Assembly (NCBI GenBank): GCA_043745805.1
Contig: JAYTSD010000031.1
Location: 64,001-128,000, forward strand
Length of the DNA: 64,000 nt
From: Fibrobacteria bacterium
Lineage (GTDB): Bacteria > Fibrobacterota > Fibrobacteria > UBA11236
Direction: 5' to 3'
The notes beneath the pieces are model-generated. The model searched no databases, was not told where the DNA came from, and worked only from the letters and a program-made list of their open reading frames with translations. Shown one piece after another: positions 48,828 to 56,193 of the stretch. The position numbers and the translations under genes were made by a program. Position 1 is the stretch's first letter. Every line of letters starts with the position of its first letter.

Positions 48828-49082
48828 ATGAGCGGATACATGGTAGCAAGAGAAGACGGAAAAGTAAAAGTGGGTCGCGAATGGGTAACCCCAACCGAAG
48901 ATATTTGCGAAAATAACGCCATGGTATCTCGCAAAGGCGCTGAAAACTATTTGGCAGATAATATCAAGGCCGAGCCAACAGCCCGTATAATCGAGGTATC
49001 GTCCGCTTATGTTGCCGCTCTTGAGGTAACTGCATCATCAAAAAAAATCGAAAGCATGATGGCTTTTGGCGAGGATTTTTAA
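48828..49082 (+). CDS. Small phage protein
   Basis: Likely start ATG 48828 (MSGYMVARE) after the RBS. Confidence 0.65.
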   Translation: MSGYMVAREDGKVKVGREWVTPTEDICENNAMVSRKGAENYLADNIKAEPTARIIEVSSAYVAALEVTASSKKIESMMAFGEDF

Positions 49083-49084
49083 AA

Positions 49085-49225
49085 ATGAAACAATCAATCG
49101 AAGCAAAAACAGCAAAAGAAGCCCGTAAAATCGCTCCATGGGCAGACAAAATCGTAAAAGTCGAAGGTGGATATTTGGCTTTTGAATCGGTTAGCGAATA
49201 CAAAATTTGGAAAAACCAAAAATAA
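49085..49225 (+). CDS. 46-aa phage protein; not in ORF track
   Basis: Own translation MKQSIEAKTAKEARKIAPWADKIVKVEGGYLAFESVSEYKIWKNQK; RBS gagga. Confidence 0.7.
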   Translation: MKQSIEAKTAKEARKIAPWADKIVKVEGGYLAFESVSEYKIWKNQK

Positions 49226-49284
49226 TTAACCCCCTGATGAGCCTGTGAGAGTCAGGCGAAACACTGAGATAGCGTCGGGATTAA
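49226..49284 (+). ncRNA. Type I hammerhead ribozyme
   Basis: Stem I ttaa-c-ccc / ggg-a-ttaa, core CTGATGA (49234-40), stem II gcctg/caggc, GAAA (49258-61), stem III with one A-C mismatch, GTC triplet ending at 49276; intergenic. Confidence 0.85.
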
Positions 49285-49304
49285 CAAAAAAAACGAGGGA
49301 AATT

Positions 49305-49520
49305 ATGATACACTGGTCAGCAAAAAATAATAGCAGCTTTTTAAATGGTCATCGCTCCTCAAAAACTATGAGAGGCGCGGTTAGAGCTGCCCGCGCGTAC
49401 CTCATGGGAGAGTTATATGGCGAGGGTACGATCTCGTTTTTTGCAGATGGTGATTTTAGCCAGCCTATCCGAGAGGATGAGAGATCAATTTTCACAAATT
49501 TTAAGATGATTACAAAATAA
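49305..49520 (+). CDS. Small phage protein downstream of the ribozyme
   Basis: RBS gaggga then ATG 49305; the track's longer start lies inside the ribozyme. Confidence 0.65.
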   Translation: MIHWSAKNNSSFLNGHRSSKTMRGAVRAARAYLMGELYGEGTISFFADGDFSQPIREDERSIFTNFKMITK

Positions 49521-49568
49521 ATTTACTCTTGTAACTTATACGTTACTGTAACAAAAACTTAGGAAGTC

Positions 49569-49808
49569 ATGAAAATAAAAATAAAACCTGGACAGTCACC
49601 GAGTCTATTGCAAATAGCAAAATTGGTAATTTATTATCCTAACCCAGGTAAATCGGTGCATAGAGGCATCGTGCAGCATACTGCTGAGGATGTGTCAAAA
49701 TGGACGGGGGCGTCTCCAGCCAGCATTTACAGGTATTGGGCTGCAGCCAGAAACCCAAAATCTGATTTAGCATTTGTGATTAGGGCCTTAAAATCGGGTG
49801 TAAAATAA
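49569..49808 (+). CDS. Small protein with an HTH-like segment
   Basis: TAEDVSKWTGASPASIYRYW. Confidence 0.6.
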   Translation: MKIKIKPGQSPSLLQIAKLVIYYPNPGKSVHRGIVQHTAEDVSKWTGASPASIYRYWAAARNPKSDLAFVIRALKSGVK

Positions 49809-50221
49809 TGGGCAGCAAAAAATCAATATACCTGTCCGACGCAGCGGAAAAAATACTCGACCTAGACGATAAAACAGGCGACTCACTATCCGGCAGAATC
49901 AACGCAACGATTTTGAGATTTGGCCGGATGATGAGCGAGTCACGGCCTGCGCTGAGTGACGCCGAATGGCTCGCGACGTGCGACGTGCTTAATCAGAAGC
50001 TAGATCGCGTGAGCGAGAGGTTTATTTGGGCTGAGGTGGCAGACTCTCAAGGGCTTGGCAAAAAATGGGAAATCAATCAACCAGCACTGATAAAAAAATT
50101 GAGAGAAATGACCATTACCGAGATAATATGCGTGGCCGAGGTGGCGAGGAGATTTTGGGTAAATCATACTCTAACTACGGATCAGGCGTTAAATATCGCG
50201 CTTGGTAGAGATAAAAAATAA
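49808..50221 (+). CDS. Protein with an N-terminal ribbon-helix-helix-like domain
   Basis: KKSIYLSD....L......SLSGRIN..I.R; TAATG coupling to the previous gene. Confidence 0.6.
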   Translation: MGSKKSIYLSDAAEKILDLDDKTGDSLSGRINATILRFGRMMSESRPALSDAEWLATCDVLNQKLDRVSERFIWAEVADSQGLGKKWEINQPALIKKLREMTITEIICVAEVARRFWVNHTLTTDQALNIALGRDKK

Positions 50222-50322
50222 TGATACACTTATCACAAAGACTTCGATATTTTTTTGAGGCATGAATAGTCACCTTTAGTTTTATTTAAAAAACGACGAT
50301 GGAAAAATATTTAAATAGGATT

Positions 50323-51132
50323 TTATTTATACACTACGCGAAACGCATAGCGCTTTTGCCCCTGCACAGCTAAGTGCAAGCCCTGTAATAATTTCACCTT
50401 CGGATAACCGCCGGTTGGTAAATAGCCTGTCCATACGATGGAACCCATTGAATTGTAAATTGTGGTATAAACATCTTGGGCGGCAAATTTTCCAAGACCC
50501 TTGATCTTTGTTGGCGTTTTTACCGTATCGTGTACCACCACCTTAGTCGTATCGTGAATCTTGATTGTATCGCGCAATGTGATTTTTATGGTGTCTCTTA
50601 TGTGGGTGATTAACGTATCGGTTATGGTTAACTTGGTCGTATCATGGGTAACGGTTTTTAATGTATCGTGTAAAGTAGTGGTTGTATTTACGGTGTCATA
50701 AAGAACAACCGTGATTGTGTCGTGTACTTGTTGAGGGTGGAAATTGTAGGCTTGGGATGTGACATTGTTTCCTTTAAATCCATCGAGATAGCCGAGTGGG
50801 TCCACATAAACATTTATCGAAAAAACTATTGGAATTACTTGTAGCGTGTCTTTAAAGCTCATAAAGCTACCTGAATTTATAACGTAATTGGCTGGGATGT
50901 TATGATATTTTAATGGTGTAAGCGAATCTTTGCCAATACTTATGACTGCTAAATCAATGGTTTGAGAATAAGAAGCTGTTGAACCATTATTAATCACAGC
51001 AGACTCGACCAGTATCGAATCGAATACGGAACTACTGTGTATTTGGGTTACCCTGAAGAATGGAACGAGGTCGGGTGCAGCTGACGAAATAGACAAAGCG
51101 AAGAAAATCGAAGTGGTCAAAAACTTTATCAT
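50323..51132 (-). CDS. Secreted protein: signal peptide, CARDB/Ig-like domain, (H/R/Y/T)DT repeat stalk, T9SS-CTD-like tail
   Basis: MIKFLTTSIFFALSISSA|APDL, V.NNG, VYVDP....NN; nine xDT repeats; tail IYNSMG.IV...L.QGLHL.......FRVVYK. Confidence 0.75.
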   Translation of the reverse strand: MIKFLTTSIFFALSISSAAPDLVPFFRVTQIHSSSVFDSILVESAVINNGSTASYSQTIDLAVISIGKDSLTPLKYHNIPANYVINSGSFMSFKDTLQVIPIVFSINVYVDPLGYLDGFKGNNVTSQAYNFHPQQVHDTITVVLYDTVNTTTTLHDTLKTVTHDTTKLTITDTLITHIRDTIKITLRDTIKIHDTTKVVVHDTVKTPTKIKGLGKFAAQDVYTTIYNSMGSIVWTGYLPTGGYPKVKLLQGLHLAVQGQKRYAFRVVYK

Positions 51133-51183
51133 ACACCCTCTTTACTGAACTTAATGAAACGACAAATGAAATTATAGTCAATT

Positions 51184-51576
51184 TTATTTGTCTTGTGACT
51201 TTTTGAGCCCTTCGATTTTCTGTAAAACTTCAAGTAATACGCTCCCAGCATGGTTTTTCATCGCGTCGAGTATTCTTTTTTCAAAGGCCTCGAGGTCGCT
51301 AACCGTAACTGGCCTGTTATTTTTTTCATGAAAATAAGTTGCTCGCGGCTCTGCTACCATTGATTCAAATTGACTTTGATCGATTAGCATATCGCCATGA
51401 CTTGTATCAAGCCAATTCAAATTTAGACCCATTTCGTGAAGTTTCTCGCGAACCGGAGTAGGGATCCTTGTTCCTTTTTCATATTTGGAATAAAGAGGCT
51501 GGCTAATATTCAGCTTTTCGCACATATCAGACTGTTTAAATCTGATTTTTTCCCTGAACAGCCTCAAATTACTCAA
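51184..51576 (-). CDS. Prophage repressor (XRE HTH, no S24 peptidase domain)
   Basis: LRLFREK....QSDMCEKLNISQPLYSKYEKG, LNLNWL...GDM; divergent from the early genes. Confidence 0.85.
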   Translation of the reverse strand: MSNLRLFREKIRFKQSDMCEKLNISQPLYSKYEKGTRIPTPVREKLHEMGLNLNWLDTSHGDMLIDQSQFESMVAEPRATYFHEKNNRPVTVSDLEAFEKRILDAMKNHAGSVLLEVLQKIEGLKKSQDK

Positions 51577-51602
51577 ATTTAACCCAAAATATTTTTATTT
51601 TA

Positions 51603-51639
51603 TATAACTAATCGTTGTATTTTATAACTAATCGTTATA
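51603..51639. promoter_or_regulatory. Two tandem operator-like sites of the lysis/lysogeny switch
   Basis: tataac-taatc-gttgta (51603-19) and tataac-taatc-gttata (51623-39): palindromic arms, 20-bp period. Confidence 0.75.
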
Positions 51640-51680
51640 TATTTATACCATATACAACCAAGTACAACAAAGGTAAGTAA

Positions 51681-51908
51681 ATGGGATTACAAACACAATT
51701 AGCCGAACCTGAAATTGAAGGTGGAACACCTTACGATTCGCTTAAGCTGCAAAAAACAGTCACGGATAGTCTTCGAGAATTTCGTGACGAGCTTATTAAG
51801 CATCATGGAAAAGCCCACACCCTGACCGATGCGCTGCGAACAGCCGTAGAAGCTGGACGTGAAAAGATTGGTGTTATTCCTAATCATATCAATAACTTAA
51901 CTCTATAA
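51681..51908 (+). CDS. Cro-position regulator, ribbon-helix-helix-like
   Basis: First early gene, RBS aaggt; SLKLQKTVTDSLREF...TLTDALRTAV. Confidence 0.6.
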   Translation: MGLQTQLAEPEIEGGTPYDSLKLQKTVTDSLREFRDELIKHHGKAHTLTDALRTAVEAGREKIGVIPNHINNLTL

Positions 51909-52107
51909 CGGAAAGCAAACAAGATGCGATTTAAATCCGAAAATCTGTCACACCCTGCCCCCGCCAGAAAATGCGGGCTTGATGGCGAAAAAAGGGGCGG
52001 GGTGTGCGTGAATGGCCAAAGTGGATTTATTGACCCGCTGACTATCGCACTGACCGTTTTCGCAGTGAATTACTTGGCTCTTTATTTCAACTACGGATAC
52101 CACAAAT

Positions 52108-52142
52108 AAAAAAGGGGTTACCCGCTTGTAACGAGTAACCCC
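52108..52142 (-). terminator. Intrinsic terminator oriented antisense to the early genes
   Basis: Minus strand ggggttac-t-cg...cg-g-gtaacccc followed by six T; the inner U-G pair forms only on the minus strand. Confidence 0.6.
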
Positions 52143-52178
52143 CTGTCATCCAAACACACTAACTGAAAGGATAACTTA

Positions 52179-52493
52179 ATGACCATAATACACACAATCA
52201 TCCGATTTATCAAAAGGATTCTTGCGCTGCCAATAAATTTGGTAATGGCAGCGAACCTTAAGCACCTAAAACACAAATATATAGAGGCGATTAAGGAACG
52301 AGATTTTTACGCCAATCGTTGCTGCGAGCTTACCGAAATCGAGTTCGATAAGGATGCCCAAATCAAGGCGTTTATTCACTCCTCGCAAAATTGGCAAAGG
52401 ATTTCAGAGCGGTACAAATCGCACCTTGAAACTATTCGACTCAACCGATCCTCAGCCGAAGACATAGACAAAATGTTGAGTGAGGTCCGCTAA
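52179..52493 (+). CDS. Phage hypothetical protein
   Basis: RBS aagga; 104 aa. Confidence 0.6.
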   Translation: MTIIHTIIRFIKRILALPINLVMAANLKHLKHKYIEAIKERDFYANRCCELTEIEFDKDAQIKAFIHSSQNWQRISERYKSHLETIRLNRSSAEDIDKMLSEVR

Positions 52494-52729
52494 TGAATGC
52501 TACTACTGATTGGTTAGCAACATTCCAAGAAGTCTCCCGTCCTCACAATGCCGCACTAATTGCTGCAAAACGTGACTTGCCGGTAATCGACCAAGTTGAG
52601 GCAGCTTGTCTTGCGGTAATATCCGCATGTAACAGTAGCAACTCTGTTACTGGATATAATCTAGGGTTTACCGCCGGTCAAGAGTCAGCCGCTAAAATGG
52701 TTTTGGGACTGATTGGGAGGGGTAACTAA
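52493..52729 (+). CDS. Phage hypothetical protein
   Basis: TAATG coupling on both sides. Confidence 0.6.
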   Translation: MNATTDWLATFQEVSRPHNAALIAAKRDLPVIDQVEAACLAVISACNSSNSVTGYNLGFTAGQESAAKMVLGLIGRGN

Positions 52730-52881
52730 TGACATACCCGATACAACCAATATGGGTGGTGGCTAAAAGATTCGAAGACCCGTACCAAGACCATGAAGAC
52801 GTACTCGACAGAATGCGCATGGAATCGGATCGAAGAGAAGAAGAAAACGACAACAAATTTAACGACGAAGACGAGGAATAA
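52729..52881 (+). CDS. 50-aa acidic protein; not in ORF track
   Basis: Own translation MTYPIQPIWVVAKRFEDPYQDHEDVLDRMRMESDRREEENDNKFNDEDEE; RBS ggagg; fills the gap exactly. Confidence 0.7.
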   Translation: MTYPIQPIWVVAKRFEDPYQDHEDVLDRMRMESDRREEENDNKFNDEDEE

Positions 52882-53904
52882 ATGGAAACTCAAGTATTAG
52901 AAAACCCAATGGTAGAAGTAAACACGAAGCGTGAAATCGTATTGATAACCAAAACGGATGCAGATATTTTGGCCGTAAAAAAAATTGCATTAGCGATTAA
53001 GGTCATGGGGCCAACCGATAAAGCGGGATATGAAGCCGCCAAAAAATTAAGACTCGAGGTGCGGGATATGCGCCTTATTGTGGACAAAACGCATAAAGAA
53101 GTTAAAGAGGAATCTTTAAAATATGGGAAAAAATGTGATGCGGAAAAAAATCGACTTTTAGCATTGCTGGAACCAATCGAATCCTACCTAGCATCTCAAG
53201 AAAAAATCGTAACCGATGAAGAAGAGCGTTTAAAAGCCGAGAAGCAAAGGCTCCTTGAGGAAAAAATTAAGGCCAGACAACAAGCGTTTGCCAATGTTCA
53301 CTCGCCTGTTACCTATACAGATGTTTTATTAATGACCGATGAAGTTTATGAAGCCAAGTTGGCTGAAGACACGGAAAAGGAAACAGTACGGCTTAAGGAT
53401 ATTGCCGACCAAGCGGCAAAACTTGAAGAGCAGCGCATAGCGCAAGAAGCCCAGCAAAAAGTATTAGACGATCAACGTGCAGAGCGGGAGCGAATAACCG
53501 CTGAAGCGCAAGCTATCATCGCAACGCGCCAAGCTGAGCTTGCCGCCGAACAAAAGTTAATCGACGAAGCAAACGCTGAAATCTCAAGAGTTAAGCGCGA
53601 AGAAGAACTTGCAAAGGAAGCCGCCGAAGATGCCTTGGCCAAAAAAGCCGAAGAGGATAAGGCCGCAACGGAGTTAGCGCAAAAAGAAGAAGCGAATCGC
53701 TTGGCAATCGAAGCAGCTGCACCGGATGCGGATAAGATTTTGAAATTCTCAAAAGAGGTTGAAAATTTATCTATACCTCAAATGAATAGCGAGGCAGGGA
53801 AATTAGCTGAAAAAGATTTGCGTTTTATTTTGGTGCGCGCAGCACAATCAATCGTTACGCTCTCAAATTTAGTTTCCACTAATAAAATTCACGAGGCGCA
53901 ATAA
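52882..53904 (+). CDS. Long coiled-coil protein preceding the recombinase
   Basis: K..LEPIE..L..QE motif followed by an E/A/K/Q-rich coil. Confidence 0.65.
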   Translation: METQVLENPMVEVNTKREIVLITKTDADILAVKKIALAIKVMGPTDKAGYEAAKKLRLEVRDMRLIVDKTHKEVKEESLKYGKKCDAEKNRLLALLEPIESYLASQEKIVTDEEERLKAEKQRLLEEKIKARQQAFANVHSPVTYTDVLLMTDEVYEAKLAEDTEKETVRLKDIADQAAKLEEQRIAQEAQQKVLDDQRAERERITAEAQAIIATRQAELAAEQKLIDEANAEISRVKREEELAKEAAEDALAKKAEEDKAATELAQKEEANRLAIEAAAPDADKILKFSKEVENLSIPQMNSEAGKLAEKDLRFILVRAAQSIVTLSNLVSTNKIHEAQ

Positions 53905-54959
53905 TGAGCGGCACAGAATTAGTTGTTGAAGAGCAAAGGCACGTTGCGGTTCAAAATGAACTCTCGTTCAATCAAGAAAAAATAGATCTGCTTAAGCGCA
54001 CTATCTGCAAGGGCGCAACAAATGACGAGCTTGAATTGTTCATGAACCAATGCAAGCGCCTAAATCTCGATCCATTTTTGCGCCAAATCCATGCCGTTAA
54101 ACGTTACGATTCCAAGCTGCAAACAGATGTCATGTCCACGCAAACCAGTATTGATGGATTCCGACTAATTGCCGAAAGAACATCTGCATATCAAGGACAA
54201 ACGCCTGCTATGTGGTGTGATATTGATGGGGTTTGGAAAGATGTATGGCTAAGCGATAACTTTCCATTTGCGGCAAGAATAGGTGTACATAAAAAAGGAT
54301 TTAAAGATCCGCTTTATTGCACTGCGCACTGGAAAGAATACGTTCAGACGTATCAAAAAGGGAACCAAACCTTTATTGGCTCAATGTGGAAAAAAATGCC
54401 TACGCTTATGTTGGCAAAGTGCGCCGAAGCTTTAGCGTTACGTAAAGCTTTCCCGCACGAGTTGAGTGGAATTTATACCAGCGATGAAATGTCACAGGCC
54501 GAAAATGCTGTTGATGTTCAAACTGATGTAAAGGTCGATCCAGTTGCCAAAGCCGAAGAGTCGCAAGAGCAATTGAAGCTAAAGCGCATTCGTGCAGAGT
54601 TTAATCAAAAGTTAGTTGAGTGCAAAGCTAAAGAAGAAGTTTTAAAAATAAATCAAGCCTTTGATGCTGAGCAGGGCAGAACAATATGGGCAAAGGTTAC
54701 CGGCGTCCGCGATAGAGAAACCTTTTTATCCATGGCGAATGATCGCTTAAAGTTTTTCGATGAGCGGAAAGACCAAATTGAAACCGCGAAAATCGAAACG
54801 CGAAAGCGCATTGAATCCTGCCAAACCGAAAAAGAATGGCTCGAAATAAACGGCTACATCTATAACATGGATGATACCTTGCTTATTGATTTGTTGCGGG
54901 AAAAAGGAAAAGAAATCGGAGTACCCGATCACTTTTTGGAAGAATTAACCAGCGCTTAA
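53904..54959 (+). CDS. bet: Bet/RecT-family single-strand annealing protein
   Basis: LNLDPF.RQIHAVK, QTSIDGFR.IAER, W.KMP.LMLAKCAEALALRKAFP..LSGIY..DEM. Confidence 0.92.
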   Translation: MSGTELVVEEQRHVAVQNELSFNQEKIDLLKRTICKGATNDELELFMNQCKRLNLDPFLRQIHAVKRYDSKLQTDVMSTQTSIDGFRLIAERTSAYQGQTPAMWCDIDGVWKDVWLSDNFPFAARIGVHKKGFKDPLYCTAHWKEYVQTYQKGNQTFIGSMWKKMPTLMLAKCAEALALRKAFPHELSGIYTSDEMSQAENAVDVQTDVKVDPVAKAEESQEQLKLKRIRAEFNQKLVECKAKEEVLKINQAFDAEQGRTIWAKVTGVRDRETFLSMANDRLKFFDERKDQIETAKIETRKRIESCQTEKEWLEINGYIYNMDDTLLIDLLREKGKEIGVPDHFLEELTSA

Positions 54960-55005
54960 AAAGTCTTTAAATCAAAAATTCACATAACAAATAAAGGAAT
55001 GTATC

Positions 55006-55653
55006 ATGGATGAACGGGAAATAAAAATTTTAATAGCAACTCGCGGCGAAGATCTGGCTTCCGCACTCAACAAACTTGACGATACGGAAATTGCGCTTGT
55101 GTTGGGTAACCTCAGTGATGGAAGGCTTGCGCGTGTGTTGGGTAACCTCAGTGATGGAAGGCTTGCGCTTGTGTTGGGTAACCTCAGTGATGGAGGGCTT
55201 GCGCTTGTGTTGGGTAACCTCAGTGATGGAGGGCTTGCGCGTGTGTTGGGTAACCTCAGTGATGGAAGGCTTGCGCTTGTGTTGGGATCCGACATTGCAT
55301 TAAAAGATAGATGGGGAAAAATGATGGCAGATGTCCCATTTGTTGAGAATCTGTATACAAATATTTTAGTACCGATTGAAGCTCAAAAATGCGCGCTAGA
55401 CCAAGCTAATTGGGAATGTGGCACCACAAGATGTGTTGCTGGACATACAGTTTATGCCGCTGGCAAAAAAGGATTGAAATTAAGAGATAAGTATGATTGG
55501 TCAATAGCCGCTCTTTTAATTCATCGCAAAAGCCGCCCAAATGCTCCTGCACCAAGTCATGCCGGACATATACCAAATGATTGCATGCTTGAATTTATTC
55601 GCGCACGCGCCGAAGAAGAAGCAAAATCAGAAGTTGTTGAGGAAGCAAAATGA
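55006..55653 (+). CDS. 12-aa tandem-repeat protein with a C-terminal W.C.TT.C.AG domain
   Basis: (A[L/R]VLGNLSDG[R/G]L) x5 plus a partial unit; RBS aagga. Confidence 0.8.
   Translation: MDEREIKILIATRGEDLASALNKLDDTEIALVLGNLSDGRLARVLGNLSDGRLALVLGNLSDGGLALVLGNLSDGGLARVLGNLSDGRLALVLGSDIALKDRWGKMMADVPFVENLYTNILVPIEAQKCALDQANWECGTTRCVAGHTVYAAGKKGLKLRDKYDWSIAALLIHRKSRPNAPAPSHAGHIPNDCMLEFIRARAEEEAKSEVVEEAK
55093..55286 (+). repeat. 36-bp tandem repeat, 5 full copies plus 14 bp
   Basis: gcgc(t/g)tgtgttgggtaacctcagtgatgga(a/g)ggctt starting at 55093, 55129, 55165, 55201, 55237, 55273. Confidence 0.97.
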
Positions 55654-55922
55654 GCGACAAACAAAAGACGTTCCCAATTCCAGAGGAAATAATGAACGAA
55701 ATCCTTGCGATGCATACGCAGATCGAGGATAACCAAAAGCAAAAAACATTTTTAGAGCAAAAATCCAGTTTAGTGCGAATGAAAATGAACTCGCTAATTA
55801 TGGAAAAAATCCCCGAATTGCGCGGCGAGAATATTTGTATTCACGTTGAAGAAAAAACAGCAGTTGTCCACGATAATAACATTGCTGAAGCTTTTCGTCG
55901 TGTCTTTGGAATGGGAGATTAA
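55650..55922 (+). CDS. Phage hypothetical protein
   Basis: ATGA overlap; 90 aa. Confidence 0.6.
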   Translation: MSDKQKTFPIPEEIMNEILAMHTQIEDNQKQKTFLEQKSSLVRMKMNSLIMEKIPELRGENICIHVEEKTAVVHDNNIAEAFRRVFGMGD

Positions 55923-55930
55923 ATTAAAAA

Positions 55931-56140
55931 ATGGATACCATGACTGAAGACATTGTATTGACCAAAGATCAGTTTATGCAGCGCTATAATGTGCTAGAAG
56001 ATTGGATACAAAAAAACACCCAAGCGAAGCGCATACCTGGTCAATTCAAGGTCGGCAAATCATGGCGCTATCCATTGGCCGAGATTCAAAAAAATATTCT
56101 TAAAACGGGACAATTGCTTTTGAAGAAAGAGATTCACTAG
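55931..56140 (+). CDS. Putative excisionase (HTH_17-like)
   Basis: LTKDQF...RIPGQFKVGKSWRY; directly before the integrase. Confidence 0.8.
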   Translation: MDTMTEDIVLTKDQFMQRYNVLEDWIQKNTQAKRIPGQFKVGKSWRYPLAEIQKNILKTGQLLLKKEIH

Positions 56141-56193
56141 TGTATCTTTTTCTCGGCCAGCCAAAGCCACCCATAACGAGAGGTAACTTTCTT

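Noticed and set aside
55093-55286. 36-bp repeats as a CRISPR array
   Set aside because: Units abut with no spacers, are in frame inside a gene, and no cas genes are present
54972-55303. Alternative-frame repeat ORFs (54972-55295 minus, 55076-55303 plus)
   Set aside because: Open only because the 36-bp unit lacks stops in those frames; no RBS support
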